This document shows, piece by piece, positions 34,335 through 37,491 of a DNA stretch of 37,491 bases. Position 1 is the first letter of the stretch, and each line of letters starts with the position of its first letter. This stretch comes from a virus (Duplodnaviria; Caudoviricetes). The translations under genes were made by a program, and so were the position numbers. The notes under the pieces are model-generated. The model was not told where the DNA came from. It saw only the letters and a list, made by a program, of their open reading frames with translations, and made no database searches. The DNA lies in IMG/VR virus record IMGVR_UViG_3300048902_000179, positions 1-37,491 of that record. One strand, written 5' to 3'.

Positions 34335-34610
34335 ATGCCGCCGCTGAAGCTTGGCCACCTGACCGCGGACGAGCACCAGCATGCCGCCGAGCTGCTGAAA
34401 GTGGCGCAGGACAACCTGTCCGCGGTGGCGCGGCTGGTTCACCGCGCGCCGTACATCGACCGCTACCTGGACGTGGCGGGGGCGGTGCAGGAGGCCCTGA
34501 TCGATCCGCTGCGAGACGCCTGGGACGATACCAACGCGGCGCACCTCAACCCGTACCCTGGCGTGCATTACGCCGGCCCGCGGCGGGTGCGCCGCAAGCT
34601 CAAGACATGA
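34335..34610 (+). CDS. Hypothetical protein
   Basis: MPPLKLGHLT...; GC3-rich. Confidence 0.6.
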   Translation: MPPLKLGHLTADEHQHAAELLKVAQDNLSAVARLVHRAPYIDRYLDVAGAVQEALIDPLRDAWDDTNAAHLNPYPGVHYAGPRRVRRKLKT

Positions 34611-34783
34611 GCCGCGGCCGAGACACCTCTTTCGCGCCTCCAGACCACGCCAGCAGCGCCGACTGCTGGTGCGAGCCCGAGGAGATTGCGCCCGGCGTTT
34701 GGCTGCATCGCGAGCGACCCGCCGAGGCGCCCTGCAGCTGGTGCGGCCGGGTGCACGACGGCGGCCCCGAGGCTTGCCCATGA
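34607..34783 (+). CDS. 58-aa Cys/His-rich protein
   Basis: Hand-translated ...DCWCEP...CSWCGRVH...C; ATGA overlaps at both ends. Confidence 0.55.
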   Translation: MSRGRDTSFAPPDHASSADCWCEPEEIAPGVWLHRERPAEAPCSWCGRVHDGGPEACP

Positions 34784-34947
34784 GACGCGGCCCAGCGGGC
34801 ATGTTGGCCCGGCCCCCGAGCGTGGCCGACCAGCTGTTCGAGGGGCTGTTCCGCGCCCCGGTCACCCAGGACGAGTGGCGGTTGAGCCGCCGGCTGGACG
34901 CGGGACGAGATCCGCGATCTCAAGCGGCTGGCCGACTGGCCGGTTAG
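34780..34947 (+). CDS. Hypothetical protein
   Basis: ATGA-coupled 55-aa ORF. Confidence 0.4.
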   Translation: MRRGPAGMLARPPSVADQLFEGLFRAPVTQDEWRLSRRLDAGRDPRSQAAGRLAG

Positions 34948-34959
34948 GCCTTGCGACCC

Positions 34960-35220
34960 ATGAGCCGCGGCCGCCCCAGCCGCATAACCCCGGCCGAGCT
35001 GGCGACGACCCGCTGGTGCCGCACCTGCGGCAAGGTGCTGGTGCGTCGCCCGGGGGAGAAGCCGGCGCAGTATTGGCGGCGCCGGTTTTGCTCGCTGACC
35101 TGCAGCGGCCGCGACCGGGGGCGCAGCTCGTGGGGGAGGAAGAAGCTCGCCTGGGATGCGCGTGACCAGCTCGACCCGGAGCTTCGCTACCAGGGGGAAC
35201 GCAATGACATCAACCCGTAG
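34960..35220 (+). CDS. Zinc-binding protein
   Basis: CRTCGK...RRFCSLTC. Confidence 0.7.
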   Translation: MSRGRPSRITPAELATTRWCRTCGKVLVRRPGEKPAQYWRRRFCSLTCSGRDRGRSSWGRKKLAWDARDQLDPELRYQGERNDINP

Positions 35221-35380
35221 CAGGTCGCCCGTAGCTGCTACGCGCCGCTGCCCGGTCTGCGAGGAGCCGCATGCCGCCGACGCGTGCTGCGTGCCGCATT
35301 ACGGGGCCCGCACCGCCGGCCCGCTGGGCCGCTACGGCCACGCCGACTACCAGCTGGGCTACTACAGCGTGTCGCGGTGA
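35204..35380 (+). CDS. Small Cys-rich protein
   Basis: CPVC...H...CC; coupled to the next gene. Confidence 0.45.
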   Translation: MTSTRSRSPVAATRRCPVCEEPHAADACCVPHYGARTAGPLGRYGHADYQLGYYSVSR

Positions 35381-35538
35381 TGAGCCTCGAGGACCGGGTC
35401 GTTCACGCCCTGGATGGGGAGGCATACGACGATGCCGCCCTTGTCCTGCTGAAATGCCTTGCCGTCTGCCTCGACCAGCTGCCGCCGGAATTTCGCGCCG
35501 CCGCGATCGAGGCGCTGCAAGAGGGCACGCCGCACTGA
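35380..35538 (+). CDS. Hypothetical protein
   Basis: TGATG coupling at both ends; helical. Confidence 0.55.
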   Translation: MSLEDRVVHALDGEAYDDAALVLLKCLAVCLDQLPPEFRAAAIEALQEGTPH

Positions 35539-35656
35539 TGGCCCGCATACTCTGCGCGATCGAGGAGGACGAGCTGGAGAACGACGAGGGCCGGCCGGTC
35601 GAGGGGGTGCGGGCGAGGGCCAGGAGAACTACTACGTCGACGAGGGCGACGCGTGA
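35538..35656 (+). pseudogene. Internally deleted or frameshifted small acidic gene
   Basis: MARILCAIEEDELENDEGRPVEGVRA in one frame; EGQENYYVDEGDA-stop in another. Confidence 0.45.
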
Positions 35657-35937
35657 TCCTGGTGCACCAGCACCCCGACGAAGGGGCCCGCATCCTGGTC
35701 GGGGCCGGGCTGCCGATGGCGCGCTGGACGATCGCGGAAAACGCCATCACCCCGGCCCGACGGGTCCGCTGGGTGTCCTACGCCGCCCGGGATGCCCCTA
35801 GCGCCGGTTGCCGCTGACCGCCAGAGGGGGGAAACGCCCTTCCGGGTACCCTAGGAGCCCAGCCCCCCTTCCTTGCGTCTGGCGGCCATCCTGTGGCATC
35901 TATGGGCCCCACGCTTTTCTGGGGGAGGGGCCATTGC

Positions 35938-36420
35938 ATGGCGGTGAAGGACCCCGGGCGGTTGTGGCAGATGACCCTCGATGCTGGGGTTGACGATATC
36001 GCGGGCCGATATCCGCCGCCTGAGCCAGCAGCCCGCCCGGCTCACCTAAAGCCACCGAACCGTCTCGAGCAGATCGCCGCCTTGCGGGAGCGCGTCGCGC
36101 ACCTCGAGGCCTACCGGGGCCGCGGGCCCCAAGGAAAGCGGCTGCACGAGCTGCGCTGCCTGCGCGCGGCCTTGGTCGGGCTGGGTGATCGCAGGCGGGG
36201 CCGCAGGCGGCGCTGGGACCCGGCGGGATGGACCCATCTGGGCGACGGGGTCTATGCCGGCGACTATGCCGAGCGGGACATTTGGCTGACGGATCGGTGG
36301 GTCGGCTGCTGCCTGATCGGGCTGACGCCCGAGACGCTGGCGGCGCTGGTTGAGTATGCCGAACGCCGGGCGGCCCTGGTCGAATGTGCCGGCCGCCAAC
36401 CGGTGAAGTCGCGTGCCTAA
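35938..36420 (+). CDS. Hypothetical protein
   Basis: GGAGG RBS; coiled coil plus HLGDGVY...IWLT...L.PE module. Confidence 0.6.
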   Translation: MAVKDPGRLWQMTLDAGVDDIAGRYPPPEPAARPAHLKPPNRLEQIAALRERVAHLEAYRGRGPQGKRLHELRCLRAALVGLGDRRRGRRRRWDPAGWTHLGDGVYAGDYAERDIWLTDRWVGCCLIGLTPETLAALVEYAERRAALVECAGRQPVKSRA

Positions 36421-36583
36421 CGCGCCCCCGGACCCGGTAAAGCTTGGCATGCGGACCTTCGCGCGCCAGAAGCTTTTGGCGATCGGGGAGATGCCGGCAA
36501 GGGAGGTCTGGGAGTCCAACTGGTCGATGCACGAGGTCGAGACGCTTGATTGGATGAAGCGCTCGCGGAAGAAGCATGCCTAA
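36413..36583 (+). CDS. 56-aa hypothetical protein
   Basis: Hand-translated MPNAPPDPVKLGMRTFARQKLL...; 8-nt overlaps at both ends. Confidence 0.5.
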   Translation: MPNAPPDPVKLGMRTFARQKLLAIGEMPAREVWESNWSMHEVETLDWMKRSRKKHA

Positions 36584-37491
36584 CGCCCGTTTCCCCGAGA
36601 CATTGCAGCCGCTGTTCGCGCCCAACAGATACAAGATCTGCTATGGCGGCCGGGGCGGCGGCAAGAGCTGGGGGATCGCGACCTACTTGCTGCTCGAGGC
36701 CGCCGCCTCCCCCATCCGCATTCTGTGCTGCCGCGAATTTCAGTCCTCGATCCGGGAATCGGTGCACCGGCTGCTCAGCGACCTGATCGCCGAGCACGGC
36801 CTCAGCGATCGCTTCCTCGTCCAGGAGAAATCGATCACCGCGACCAACGGATCGGAATTTCTCTTCGAGGGCCTGCGCCACAACACGGGAAAAATCCGGT
36901 CCCTGGAGGGCATCGACAAAGTGTGGGTGGAGGAAGCCAGCAATGTGACCAAGGCCAGCTGGGAGATCCTGATCCCGACCATCCGCAAGGACGGCAGCGA
37001 GATCATCGTGTCGTTCAACCCCGAGCTGGACAGCGACGAGACCTACCAGCGCTTTGTCGCCAACCCGCCCCCCGGCGCGACGGTCATCAAGATCAATTAT
37101 ACCCACAATCCGTGGTTCCCCCAGGTTCTGCGCGAGGAGATGGAAGCGCTGCGTCTCAGAGACCCGGACGCCTACCATCACGTCTATCTGGGCGAGTGCC
37201 GCCTGACCCTGGACGGTGCGATCTACGCCCGGGAACTCAGGGAGGCCACCGAAGAGGGCCGCATCGGCCGCGTCCCCTATGACCCCACGCGCCCGGTCAG
37301 CGTCTATTTCGACCTGGGGTGGCAGGATCTGACGTCGATCTGGTTCGCCCAGCACATTGCCGGCGAGGTGCGGCTGATCGACTACCTCGAGGACAATCTG
37401 CGGCCTTTCAGCCATTACATGACCGAGCTGCAGGCCAAGAAATACGTCTACCAGACCATGTGGCTGCCGCACGATGCGGGGGCGAAGAGCC
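36576..37491 (+). CDS. terL: PBSX-family terminase large subunit, N-terminal part (runs off the window end)
   Basis: Hand-translated MPNARFP...YGGRGGGKS (Walker A), C.REFQ.SI.ESV, WVEEA (Walker B), SFNP, FDLG..D, WLPHD. Confidence 0.95.
   Translation, partial: MPNARFPETLQPLFAPNRYKICYGGRGGGKSWGIATYLLLEAAASPIRILCCREFQSSIRESVHRLLSDLIAEHGLSDRFLVQEKSITATNGSEFLFEGLRHNTGKIRSLEGIDKVWVEEASNVTKASWEILIPTIRKDGSEIIVSFNPELDSDETYQRFVANPPPGATVIKINYTHNPWFPQVLREEMEALRLRDPDAYHHVYLGECRLTLDGAIYARELREATEEGRIGRVPYDPTRPVSVYFDLGWQDLTSIWFAQHIAGEVRLIDYLEDNLRPFSHYMTELQAKKYVYQTMWLPHDAGAKS

Overview
The window looks like an almost complete, circularly permuted ~37.5-kb GC-rich P22-like podovirus genome, probably of an alphaproteobacterial host (inference from GcrA-like and Rep-like ORFs). 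The terminase large subunit is split across the two ends (36576-37491 plus 1-341). The + strand then runs portal, scaffold, P22-type coat, gp4- and gp10-like tail proteins, an Asp/Asn beta-hydroxylase, a GNAT, three ejection proteins (the last with an SLT domain) and a tail fibre with an S74 chaperone. A leftward Bet/YqaJ recombination module follows, then a rightward Cro-like gene, VRR-NUC, TOPRIM-AAA primase-helicase with an iteron-rich ori, a putative TerS and a string of small genes. I found no integrase, CI-like repressor or stand-alone endolysin. The best candidate for a new system is a cassette between portal and scaffold: Q/P-rich disordered proteins, an HhH-GPD/Endo III-like glycosylase with a disordered leader, and a coupled small acidic partner. 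This resembles a MuF-independent, virion-delivered effector/immunity pair. Also notable are an inverted, dual-frame triple-repeat insert with structured non-coding DNA between scaffold and coat, and small genes bracketed by duplicated start/stop junctions. All family calls come from motif recognition by eye, not from database searches.
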